DNA from: an uncultured Eubacteriales bacterium
Lineage (GTDB): Bacteria; Bacillota; Clostridia; Oscillospirales; Acutalibacteraceae
DNA length: 64,000 bases
NCBI GenBank assembly: GCA_934636435.1
Contig: CAKUAQ010000001.1
Coordinates: 12,732-76,731 of the forward strand
Reading direction: 5' to 3'
Part shown: positions 54,634-63,287 of the stretch, piece by piece
Layout: every line of letters begins with the position of its first letter
Numbering within the stretch: position 1 is the first letter of the stretch
The notes under the pieces: generated by a model
Told to the model about the DNA's origin: nothing
The model's input: only the letters and a program-made list of their open reading frames with translations
Databases searched by the model: none
Translations under genes and position numbers: made by a program

Positions 54634-56001
54634 CTACTTTCCTACGCAAAAACGGGCGAACACCTCATCCACCACCGTCTCGGTGGCCCGTTCGCCGGTC
54701 AGCTCCAGAATGGCGGCGATCGCCCCGTGCAGACTCACCGATACCGCGTCCGGAGTCAAGCCGCTGCCGAGAGCGGCATCCGCCTCTTCCAGGCAGATCC
54801 GGCAGCGCACAGCGCAATCCCGCTGGCGCTCGGTGGACAGGACCGGCTCGGCGGCGGTCAGCCGTTCCACTCCGGTGATGTCCGCCACCGCCGCCGCCAA
54901 CTCCGGCAGACCGCTGCCTTCCCGGGCGGACAAGGTCACGACCCGGGAGAATCGGCCCTCCAGAAAGGCCCGGTCGATCCGCTGCGGTCGATCGGCCTTG
55001 TTGATCACGGCGATGGCCGCGGTGCGGCAGCTTTCCTCCGCCAGCGCCCGATCCGCATCGGTCAGCGGCCGGCTGCCGTCAAACACCGCCAGCACCAGTG
55101 CCGCCTGCCGCAGACGGGTGCGCGCTTTTTCCACCCCCGCCGATTCGATCCGGTCGCCGGTATCCCGGATGCCGGCGGTATCCGCCAGCCGCAGGGTGAC
55201 TTCTCCCAGCCGCACGGTGTTTTCGATCACATCCCGGGTGGTTCCGGCCACCTCGGTCACGATGCTCCGCTCGCAGCCGGACAGGGCATTCATCAGCGTG
55301 GACTTGCCCACGTTGGGACATCCCACAATAGCGGTGTCCACCCCCTCCCGCAACACCTGCCCGGCGTCAAAGGTGTCCACAAGCCCCTGTACCGTCTGCT
55401 GCGCCCGGTGGATGACCCGGGCCAGAGCCTCCGGGTGCAGCTCCGGGATATCCTCGTCCGGATAATCCACATAGGCGCTGAACTGGGCTTCCACCGCCAG
55501 CAGCGCCTCCCTGACCTCCTGCAACCGCCGATAGGTGACTCCCTCATGGGCAGCCAGCGCCGTGCGGGCGGCCAGCCGCCCGTCGGCGGCGATCAGCGCC
55601 GTCACGCTCTCCGCCTGGGTCAGATCCATTTTCCCCGCCAGAAATGCCCGCCGGGTGAATTCGCCCGGCTGCGCCATCCGCGCCCCGGCCGCCAGACACG
55701 CCCGCAGCACCCGCCGCAGCAGGTACAGTCCTCCGTGGCAGGACAGCTCCGCCACGTGTTCACCCGTATAGCTGCGGGGGGCGCGAAACACCAGCAGCAC
55801 GCAATCGTCGATATCCCCCTCGGCATCGTATACATGGCCGTATGCGGCGGTATATCCCGCCAGCCGTTCGGCGGAACGGGCCGGGTTTGCCGGGCGGAAC
55901 ACCCGGGCGGCCACCGCCAGCGCTTCCTCCCCGGACAGGCGCACCACCCCCAGACCGGCGGGTGCCGCAGGGGTGGCGATGGCAGCAATGGTATCGGACA
56001 T
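54634..56001 (-). CDS. mnmE: tRNA modification GTPase MnmE
   Basis: DTIAAIATPAAPAGLGVVRLSG, G-domain [14 protein letters not shown]...DTAGIR, C-terminal FCVGK. ATG 56001 follows AAGGAG (the track ORF starts at TTG 56010). Confidence 0.95.
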   Translation of the reverse strand: MSDTIAAIATPAAPAGLGVVRLSGEEALAVAARVFRPANPARSAERLAGYTAAYGHVYDAEGDIDDCVLLVFRAPRSYTGEHVAELSCHGGLYLLRRVLRACLAAGARMAQPGEFTRRAFLAGKMDLTQAESVTALIAADGRLAARTALAAHEGVTYRRLQEVREALLAVEAQFSAYVDYPDEDIPELHPEALARVIHRAQQTVQGLVDTFDAGQVLREGVDTAIVGCPNVGKSTLMNALSGCERSIVTEVAGTTRDVIENTVRLGEVTLRLADTAGIRDTGDRIESAGVEKARTRLRQAALVLAVFDGSRPLTDADRALAEESCRTAAIAVINKADRPQRIDRAFLEGRFSRVVTLSAREGSGLPELAAAVADITGVERLTAAEPVLSTERQRDCAVRCRICLEEADAALGSGLTPDAVSVSLHGAIAAILELTGERATETVVDEVFARFCVGK

Positions 56002-56207
56002 GGCAAACAAACTCCTTTACGGATCAGAATTTTTCGGTATTCCGCGGCAACCGCGGAATTCTGCCCGGCGAAACCGGTCGCCGCACCGACATGGCGGCAA
56101 AGCCCGCCGATACGCCGCCCGACAGGGTCCGGAGCTGCATTCCCGCTCCGTACCCACCGGCGCATCCGGGGGACAATCGCCTGGCGGCCGGCCGGTTCTT
56201 TCCGGTG

Positions 56208-56933
56208 TCAGGCGCGCCACATGGTGCTTTCGCCCGACGTCTCCGGTACCGAGTCCGGGAACAGCATCCGAAACAGCTCCTGCGCAAACAGCTCATGCAG
56301 CTCTGCGCAGGGATGGTTGATGCCGTTCGCCAGCAGCCGGGTGGTATCCTCCGTCCGACTGCGCTGTTTCCACAGGGCATAGCAGTCGCACACGGGGATC
56401 CCATGCTCCCGGGCGGTGCGGCAGGCCGCCAGCATATAGGCATCCATGGTGCCGTCATTCTGCATGGCGGCGGTTTTAGCCGCATAGTCCCGCAGCTCGG
56501 CGGGGGTATCCTCGGTCACGTAGGTGTTCAGCATATTGGGGGTCATAAAAATTGCCGCAACCCCGCGCTGACGGCAGGCATCGAAGATGGCGGCCAGCGC
56601 ATCGGTATATTCCTCAAGGGGGTCGTTGATGTCGTTGAGCCCGAAGCACACGATCACCAGATCGGGATGATGGCTGAACACATCCCGCTCCATCCGCGCC
56701 AGCGACATGGCGGCCGTCACCCCGCCGATGCCGGCATTGATGGCATTCACCGGCACATAATTCCGCAGCGCCGATATTTTGCGCCGCAGCCGGTTCCAGT
56801 ATACCGTCTCGTAGTTGATCTCGTCCAGTCCCACCGCTCCATGGGTCACACTGTCCCCGAACGCCACGATGTTGATGGGGCCGTGCTCCATCAGCTGATC
56901 AAAATTCATGCCCAGCTTTTCCTGTATTGTCAT
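56208..56933 (-). CDS. SGNH/GDSL-family hydrolase
   Basis: Block I IVAFGDSVTHG, block II NAGIGG, block III FGLNDI, block V NGINHP. Confidence 0.8.
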   Translation of the reverse strand: MTIQEKLGMNFDQLMEHGPINIVAFGDSVTHGAVGLDEINYETVYWNRLRRKISALRNYVPVNAINAGIGGVTAAMSLARMERDVFSHHPDLVIVCFGLNDINDPLEEYTDALAAIFDACRQRGVAAIFMTPNMLNTYVTEDTPAELRDYAAKTAAMQNDGTMDAYMLAACRTAREHGIPVCDCYALWKQRSRTEDTTRLLANGINHPCAELHELFAQELFRMLFPDSVPETSGESTMWRA

Positions 56934-56976
56934 GGTTGCTTCCTCTCCCTATACAAATTTCGCCTGCGCGGCGCGA

Positions 56977-58227
56977 TCAGACATTCCAGAAGGATCGGAC
57001 AATCCGCTGCAGCTCCGTGTCGTCCATGTCCTGTATATCCTCGACGAGCCGGATGTTCATTTCTCTGGCTCGCTGCCGCAGCACCGCCGCGAAGGGGCTG
57101 TCCTGCTCCAGTGCGGTGGCCACCAACACCTTTTTCGCATACTGCCCGCCGAACCGGTCGGCGACGGTATCCAGCTTATACAGCTCGTCCATGTCCACAT
57201 AGCCGTTCTTGCAGGACACAAACACCGGCACTGCACCGTGCATCAGCAGCACGTCGATCTCATTCATCGTGTCGGCCCGGTCGCTTTCGGTCTGCGCCGC
57301 GCCGTCCCAATCAATGTATACCCCGGTTTTCACATCATTATAGGTATAGGCGCCATCCTTTTCCTGAGCGCGTAGGGCGGCAAGGTACATTTTCAGCTCC
57401 AGCGCCTGCCCGGCCTTGGTCAGGCAGCGCTTCACCTGTTCGTCCTTATACACCACCGACAGGATGGACTCTCCCTCAAAAATGTCGATCAGCCCGCCCT
57501 GATACAGCGCCCTCAGGATCGTGGTGTCGAATATATAGGCGGCACCGATCTGCTGCAGCCGCTCCTTGAGGTATTCCAGCGGCACCTGTAAGGTCAGGCT
57601 GTCGTCCCCCGGCACACGGAATTGCTCGGCCACCATCAGCACGCCCATCTGGGTGTTCCAGCGGCGCACATCCGGTCGGCATACCTCCCACATATAGTCT
57701 ACATCCTCCACGAATGCGTCGGTCAGCTCCCAGTGCAGCGTCGTGCCCGGCTTTTCATCCGCATAGACCACCTCGCCGCCATAGATGCGGACATTCTCCT
57801 CCACCGACAGCTGGGGCATGCTCCCCTCGTAGATGGTTCTCCCGTCCAGGTCGCAGTCGATGATGGTATTGTTGTGCAGATTGAACCGGTGCATTTGCAG
57901 ATGCTTATCCTTATACCGCTCCAGAAGAATGCCGCAGGCGAACAGTAGCATATCCTCCCCGCCCGTCAGGTCAAATACGCAGTCGTCGTAGGTCTCCACC
58001 AGCTCCGACAGCACCCGCAGCACCTCCTGCAGGTCGTTTTTATTCACACAGCGGCAGAGAAACTCCACCTCGCTGCCCTGGTCCAGCAGCACCCGCCGGT
58101 AGAGCGCCCCGCAAGCCTCCAGCCGCTTTTTCTTATCGCCGATCAGGATCACCCGCTGCGGCGGGTGGGTCAGGCTGGTGCAGATGTTTTCGATCCCGGT
58201 TTTGTCAAACAGTTCAATATACGTCAT
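56977..58227 (-). CDS. CARF-domain / Card1-Can2-like (DUF1887) nuclease-fold protein, stand-alone
   Basis: N-terminal Rossmann-like region ending in FDLTGGEDMLLFA (CARF [DN]x[ST]xxx[RK]-type loop, last residue Asp). C-terminal ALELKMYLAALRA...NEIDVLLMHGAVPVFVSCKNG...FGGQYAKKVLVAT follows the DUF1887 PD-(D/E)xK layout, with Ser at the Glu position. Confidence 0.6.
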   Translation of the reverse strand: MTYIELFDKTGIENICTSLTHPPQRVILIGDKKKRLEACGALYRRVLLDQGSEVEFLCRCVNKNDLQEVLRVLSELVETYDDCVFDLTGGEDMLLFACGILLERYKDKHLQMHRFNLHNNTIIDCDLDGRTIYEGSMPQLSVEENVRIYGGEVVYADEKPGTTLHWELTDAFVEDVDYMWEVCRPDVRRWNTQMGVLMVAEQFRVPGDDSLTLQVPLEYLKERLQQIGAAYIFDTTILRALYQGGLIDIFEGESILSVVYKDEQVKRCLTKAGQALELKMYLAALRAQEKDGAYTYNDVKTGVYIDWDGAAQTESDRADTMNEIDVLLMHGAVPVFVSCKNGYVDMDELYKLDTVADRFGGQYAKKVLVATALEQDSPFAAVLRQRAREMNIRLVEDIQDMDDTELQRIVRSFWNV

Positions 58228-58262
58228 GCCCTCGGTTCCTTTCCTTTCGTTTCCGTGTGTCC

Positions 58263-58292
58263 ATTATAGTACGCCCGGCGACCGGATGTCAA
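58263..58292 (-). promoter_or_regulatory. Near-consensus promoter of the CARF gene
   Basis: Minus strand TTGACA (58292-58287), 18 nt, TATAAT (58268-58263). Confidence 0.65.
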
Positions 58293-58648
58293 GCCGGATC
58301 ACCGCCACACAAACGCGCCTTACGGTGCGTTCGTTTCGCAATCGGTCGATGCCGCATGGATGAGTTTTTCCCACCTGTAGGGGACACGTCCGGTCACATC
58401 ACAGAAGTCCTTGAAAGCTTTTTTCAAAGGTTCATTTGTCAATGATGCAGACCGGAAAAACGAAATAGTTACAGGCTTCGAAGATTAATTTTCCTGTGCC
58501 TGTGCTGCCATATCCGTGGCGATTGGGTCCTTTCGGCGGGGGTTGTTGCGGTGACTCTGTTCCATCGAACGCAATCGCCTTTTTCGATGCCCTCTGGTCT
58601 CACATCAAGTGTAACGCTACAAAAAAATTAAAAAACTTGTAAAAAGGT

Positions 58649-58677
58649 GTTGACAAATCTGCTTTAGCGCGCTATAC
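58649..58677 (+). promoter_or_regulatory. Promoter of the T-box leader
   Basis: TTGACA, 17 nt, TATACT. Confidence 0.7.
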
Positions 58678-58689
58678 TGTGAAAAAGTA

Positions 58690-58976
58690 AAACCTTTGAC
58701 CGAGAGTAAGTACCCACAGGCAGGGCTGTGTCAAGAGAGTCGCAGGCGGTGAGATTGCGACGACAGCGGCGGTGGCGAATGGGCTCGGGAGGGCAAACCG
58801 AACACCGCAGCGGCGGTCGGTAGGGGCGCCGGGATCTCCACCCGTTATCCAGGGAGCGCGTATCATGAGGTGCGCGAGAGAGTGCGTCGGAGCATACATC
58901 TCCGGCGAAGTCGGGTGGTACCGCAGGTTTGTTTATAACGCCTGTCCCAACAGCAATGTTGAGACAGGCGTTTTTT
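58690..58976 (+). promoter_or_regulatory. T-box riboswitch leader, specifier UGG (Trp) by position
   Basis: Stem I base CCGAG (58700)/CTCGG (58784). S-turn AGTA...GAA. GAA-TGG-G specifier at 58780-58782. AG bulge AGAGAG (58734) and distal loop GGTGAGA (58748). T-box GGGTGGTACCGCAG (58913-58926). Terminator AACGCCTGTC/GACAGGCGTT plus TTTTTT (58937-58976). Confidence 0.85.
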
Positions 58977-59102
58977 GTATGATTTTTGAAGGAGTTGAGA
59001 GCGATGAAAGCACAGAAACCGGGGCGGCGATGGCGTCGCTCCCAGTGGAGATTCCGTCCGCCCATTGATTTACGATCATACGAATGAAAGAGGTAAATAG
59101 TG

Positions 59103-60092
59103 ATGAAACAGTATACACGTGTGTTGGCATTGGCTTTGTGTGGAGCGCTGCTGATGGCGCTTGGTCTGGCGGGCTGCGGCGGCCAGAAGCAGGATACATT
59201 GAAGGTCGGTATCATCCAGTATATGAGCCACCCCTCGCTGGGTAACTGCTATGAGGGTGTGGTGCAGGCGTTGGAGGCCTCCGGGCTGGACTACACCGTG
59301 GAGCGGCAGATCGGCTCCAGCAGCTCAGCGGCGGCGGATTGCAGCACCTTCGCCCAGAATATGGTGGGCAAGGGCTGCGACCTGATTGTGGCAATCGCCA
59401 CCCCGGCGGCGACCGCCGCCTATGCGGCGGTGGAGGGCACGGATATTCCCCTCATCTTCTGCGCAGTCTCCGACCCGGTGGCAGAGGATCTGGTAAAGGA
59501 TATGAACGCCCCCGGCGGCAACTGCACCGGCACCAGCGATGTGCTGGATCTGGCGGCGCAGGTGGAGCTGATCAAGGCTATGCAGCCCACCGCCAAATCC
59601 ATCGGCATTCTCTATACCACCAGCGAGCAGAACTCCCTCTCCAACCTCAAGCGGATGCAGGAGCTGTGCGATAAGCAGGGCATCGCCATTGAAGCCACCG
59701 GCGTGCAGAACGCCTCGGATATTCCGGCGGCAGCCGCGGCGCTGGCGGGCAAGGTGGACTGCATCAACAACTTCACCGATAACAACGTAGTGGAAAATCT
59801 GAACGTGGTGCTGGATGCGGCCAACGCGGCGAAGATCCCGGTCTACGGCAGCGAGGTGGAGCAGGTATCCAACGGATGTCTGGCCTCCATGTCCATCGAC
59901 TATGTGGCGCTGGGCAAGACCACCGGCGACATGGCGGTGCGGGTGCTGAAGGGTGAGGCGAAGCCGGCCACGATGCCGGTGGAGTCCATCACCGAGGCGA
60001 CCCCGGTCATCAACACCGATGTGACGGCGGCGCTGGGGCTGACCATTCCGGAGCAGTATGCCGGCGCGGAGAAGGTCACCACAAAGCAGTAA
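59103..60092 (+). CDS. ABC transporter substrate-binding lipoprotein (ABC_sub_bind / COG2984 type, TrpX-like)
   Basis: Lipobox LGLAGCGG. LKVGIIQYMSHPSL...LIVAIATPAA...ILYTTSEQNS pattern of the family. Directly controlled by the T-box. Confidence 0.75.
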   Translation: MKQYTRVLALALCGALLMALGLAGCGGQKQDTLKVGIIQYMSHPSLGNCYEGVVQALEASGLDYTVERQIGSSSSAAADCSTFAQNMVGKGCDLIVAIATPAATAAYAAVEGTDIPLIFCAVSDPVAEDLVKDMNAPGGNCTGTSDVLDLAAQVELIKAMQPTAKSIGILYTTSEQNSLSNLKRMQELCDKQGIAIEATGVQNASDIPAAAAALAGKVDCINNFTDNNVVENLNVVLDAANAAKIPVYGSEVEQVSNGCLASMSIDYVALGKTTGDMAVRVLKGEAKPATMPVESITEATPVINTDVTAALGLTIPEQYAGAEKVTTKQ

Positions 60093-60152
60093 GCCATCCG
60101 GGCACCGACGGAAGCCGTCGGTGCCCGATCCTGCCGAAAAGGAGCACGATTC

Positions 60153-61076
60153 ATGCTGTTCAACTATCTGAGTATATTCCTGTCCGACGGGCTGATGTAT
60201 TCCCTGCTGTCCATGGGATTTTATGTATCGTACAGTACGCTGGACTTCCCCGATCTGTCGGTGGAGGGCACGGTGCTGACCGGCGGGCTGGTGTTCAGCC
60301 TGCTGTGCAACCTCATCACCCCCTATCTGGCGCTGGTAGCGGCGCTGCTGGCAGGGGCGGCGGCGGGGGCCGTCACCGGGCTGCTGCACGTGAAGCTGCA
60401 TATCCGCCCGCTGCTGTGCGGCATTCTGGTGTCCACCGGGCTCATTTCCGTCAATCTGGTGGCGGCGGCTCTCATCAACGGCGGCGACCTGAAAGCAATG
60501 GGCAGCGCACAGGTGATGATGACCGGGCGGGATACCCTGCTGACGGTGTTCCCCGCCACATTGCTGCCCAAGGTGGCTGACGGCTTCTACGTGCGTAAGC
60601 TGGTGGTGTTTCTGGTGGTGGCGGTGCTGTTCAAGGTGCTGATGGATCTGTTCTTCAAGACCAAATGCGGGCTGCTGCTGCGGGCGGCGGGCAACAACGC
60701 CCAATATGTCACCATGCTGGGCCGGAACCCCGGCCGCAGTAAAATTCTGGGGCTCGCCATCGGCAACGGCTACGCCGCCGTGGCGGGAGCGCTCATCGTC
60801 CAGAGCCGGGGCAGCGCCACCCAGGATATGGGGCTGGGCATGATTGTCATCGGGCTGGCGTCGGTGATCATCGGACTGTCTCTGTTCGGCCGGGTGCGGT
60901 TTCTCCGCCCCACCACCCAGGTGATTCTGGGCTCCGTTCTCTACCAGGCATGTCTGGTGCTGGCGTCGGCGGTGGGACTGCCCTCCGCCTACAATAAGCT
61001 GCTGATGGCGGCGCTGTTCACCGTGGCGTTGGTGCTCAGCTCCGTGAAGAAAAAAGGAAAGCGGGTGGCGGCATGA
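60153..61076 (+). CDS. ABC transporter permease (COG4120 type, TrpY-like)
   Basis: 307 aa, about 8-9 TM segments. Overlaps the ATPase gene by 4 nt. Confidence 0.75.
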   Translation: MLFNYLSIFLSDGLMYSLLSMGFYVSYSTLDFPDLSVEGTVLTGGLVFSLLCNLITPYLALVAALLAGAAAGAVTGLLHVKLHIRPLLCGILVSTGLISVNLVAAALINGGDLKAMGSAQVMMTGRDTLLTVFPATLLPKVADGFYVRKLVVFLVVAVLFKVLMDLFFKTKCGLLLRAAGNNAQYVTMLGRNPGRSKILGLAIGNGYAAVAGALIVQSRGSATQDMGLGMIVIGLASVIIGLSLFGRVRFLRPTTQVILGSVLYQACLVLASAVGLPSAYNKLLMAALFTVALVLSSVKKKGKRVAA

Positions 61077-61846
61077 TCCGGCTGGAACACATCGAAAAGG
61101 CCTTTAAGCCCGGCACTCCCGACGAAAATCGGTTGTTCACCGATTTCAACCTGACGGTGGCGGACGGCTCCTTTGTGTCGGTGGTCGGCTCCAACGGCAG
61201 CGGCAAGACCACCATGCTCAATCTCATCAGCGGCACGTTGCTGCCGGATGAGGGGCGCATCTACGCCAACCAAACGGACATCACCGGCTGGCCGGAATAT
61301 AAGCGTGCCCGCCGCATCGGCCGGGTGTTTCAGGACCCCCAGAAGGGCACCTGCGCCGACCTGACGATACTGGAAAATATGGCGCTGGCGGACAACAAGG
61401 GCCGCGCCTATTCGCTGGGCAGAGCGGTCAACCCCAGACGTCGGGCCTATTACCGGGAGCTGCTGGCGCGCTGCCGCATGGGTCTGGAGGAGCGTCTGGG
61501 GGTGGCGGTGGGCAGCCTCTCCGGCGGTCAGCGACAGGCGCTGGCGCTGGTGATCGCCACCATGAACGACATCGACCTGCTGCTGCTGGACGAGCATACG
61601 GCGGCACTGGATCCCAAATCCAGCGAGACGGTCATGGAGCTGACCGGTCGGCTGGTGGCGGAAAAGGGGGTCACCACCCTGATGGTGACCCACAATCTGC
61701 GCTTTGCCGTGGAATACGGCGACCGGCTGCTGATGATGCATCAGGGACAGGCGGTGCTGGATCTGGCGGGGGATGCCAAGCGGCAGGCCACCGTGGAGCA
61801 GCTGCTGGAGCAGTTCAACACCATCAGCATCGAGTGCGGCAACTGA
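61073..61846 (+). CDS. ABC transporter ATP-binding protein (COG1101 type, TrpZ-like)
   Basis: Walker A GSNGSGKTT, signature LSGGQRQ, Walker B LLLLDEHTAALD. Confidence 0.85.
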   Translation: MIRLEHIEKAFKPGTPDENRLFTDFNLTVADGSFVSVVGSNGSGKTTMLNLISGTLLPDEGRIYANQTDITGWPEYKRARRIGRVFQDPQKGTCADLTILENMALADNKGRAYSLGRAVNPRRRAYYRELLARCRMGLEERLGVAVGSLSGGQRQALALVIATMNDIDLLLLDEHTAALDPKSSETVMELTGRLVAEKGVTTLMVTHNLRFAVEYGDRLLMMHQGQAVLDLAGDAKRQATVEQLLEQFNTISIECGN

Positions 61847-61888
61847 GACAATACGGATCGCGAAAGGCGGTCCGGAGCATCGGATGAT

Positions 61889-61928
61889 CCGGGGAAACGA
61901 CTTGGTTTCTCCGGATCGTTTTCTGTTT
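61889..61928 (+). terminator. Terminator of the T-box-controlled ABC operon
   Basis: CCGGGGAAAC / GTTTCTCCGG 10-bp stem followed by ATCGTTTTCTGTTT. Confidence 0.65.
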
Positions 61929-62038
61929 GGGTTTTCCATCGTTTCCGACCATTTGCTTTGGCGGAAAGAAGTGGTAAAGTTATGCAGTAGTCCACTGTGT
62001 TGTTGTAAATTTTCGTACATACTGCTTAAAATATCCCA

Positions 62039-62067
62039 TTCAAATTCCGCGTTCGAGTTCCTATAAT
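62039..62067 (+). promoter_or_regulatory. Candidate mgl promoter
   Basis: TTCAAA, 17 nt, TATAAT. Confidence 0.5.
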
Positions 62068-62125
62068 GAAGCCAGCGACACGGAAAGTCGTGAAAAAATC
62101 AAACACCTAAAAGGAGGCAACAACT

Positions 62126-63199
62126 ATGAACTTTACGAAAAAACTGATGGCGCTGGCTTTGGCGCTGACGCTGGTTCTCGGGCTGGCTGCCTGCGGCAGT
62201 ACCGGAGGCGGTACGGACGGCGAGGTGTCGGTTTTCTACTACACCTACGGCGATACCTACATCTCCAGTGTGCGTTCCGCAATGGATAAGCTGCTGAAGG
62301 ATGCAGGCATCAAATACCAGAATTACGACGCCAACGGCAACCAGACCACCCAGACCGAGCAGGTCACCACGGCCATTGCCAAGGGTTCCCGGGCGCTGAT
62401 TGTCAATGTGGTGGACACCGGCTCCGACGATGCGGCACAGAACATCGTGAATCTGGCGAAGGCGAAGAACATCCCGGTAATCTTCTTCAACCGCTCCGTG
62501 AATGAGAGCGTCGTCACCAGCTATGACAAATGCGTGTTCGTGGGCACCGACTATGAGATGGCCGGCCATATGCAGGGTGAGCTGGTGGGCAACTATGTGC
62601 TGAAAAACTTCGATAAGCTGGATCTCAACGGCGACGGCAAGATCAGCTACGTGATGTTCAAGGGTCAGGAAGGCAACGCCGAGGCTATCGCCCGTACCAA
62701 GTACGGTGTGGAGGATGCGGATGCGATCCTGACGGCGGCCGGTAAACCGGCGCTGGAATTCTATGATTCCTCCAACGCTCAGAAGTATCTGGTGGACCAG
62801 AACGGCACTTGGGCAGCGGCGGCGGCTACCGACTATATGTCCACGATCCTGGCCCGTTACAGCGAGAGCAACAACAACATGGTGGAGCTGGTCATCGCCA
62901 ACAACGACGACATGGCGCTGGGCGCCATCTCCGCTCTGCAGACCAACGGTTATAACAAAGAGGGTGGCAAGATCATCCCGGTATTCGGCGTGGACGCCAT
63001 CGAGGCAGCAAAGACTGCCATCACGAGCGGCACCATGACCGGCAGCATCAAGCAGGATGCCGACGGTATGGCCAAGGCGATCTCCACCATCGTGCAGAAC
63101 TTTATCAACGCTAAGGGCACTTTCGAGGGCATCGACGAGGCCAACAAGGTAGGCGAGTGGCGGGTGAACATCCCCTACGGCACCTATACCGGCGAATAA
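62126..63199 (+). CDS. mglB: Galactose/glucose ABC transporter substrate-binding lipoprotein
   Basis: Lipobox LGLAACGS. Aligns by eye with E. coli MglB, including the Ca-loop [10 protein letters not shown] (E. coli DLNKDGQIQF), [13 protein letters not shown] and IPVFGVDA. Confidence 0.85.
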   Translation: MNFTKKLMALALALTLVLGLAACGSTGGGTDGEVSVFYYTYGDTYISSVRSAMDKLLKDAGIKYQNYDANGNQTTQTEQVTTAIAKGSRALIVNVVDTGSDDAAQNIVNLAKAKNIPVIFFNRSVNESVVTSYDKCVFVGTDYEMAGHMQGELVGNYVLKNFDKLDLNGDGKISYVMFKGQEGNAEAIARTKYGVEDADAILTAAGKPALEFYDSSNAQKYLVDQNGTWAAAAATDYMSTILARYSESNNNMVELVIANNDDMALGAISALQTNGYNKEGGKIIPVFGVDAIEAAKTAITSGTMTGSIKQDADGMAKAISTIVQNFINAKGTFEGIDEANKVGEWRVNIPYGTYTGE

Positions 63200-63215
63200 G
63201 CGGCAGCCGGCTTTC

Positions 63216-63246
63216 GGCCGGGGACGGCATATGTGCCGCCCCGGCC
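63216..63246 (+). other. GC-rich intercistronic hairpin between mglB and mglA
   Basis: GGCCGGGGACGGCA / TGCCGCCCCGGCC with one bulge and no U-tract. Possibly an mRNA-stabilising or partial-termination element. Confidence 0.4.
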
Positions 63247-63287
63247 GGGCCGGACCGAGCACACAACAGATAGGAGATGAAACACAT

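Noticed and set aside
54683-57569. Plus-strand ORFs 54683-55465, 54727-56382 and 55842-57569, opposite mnmE, the SGNH hydrolase and the CARF gene
   Set aside because: Pro/Arg/Gly/Ala-rich translations without motifs. The minus-strand genes (MnmE G-domain, SGNH blocks, DUF1887 layout) explain the region.
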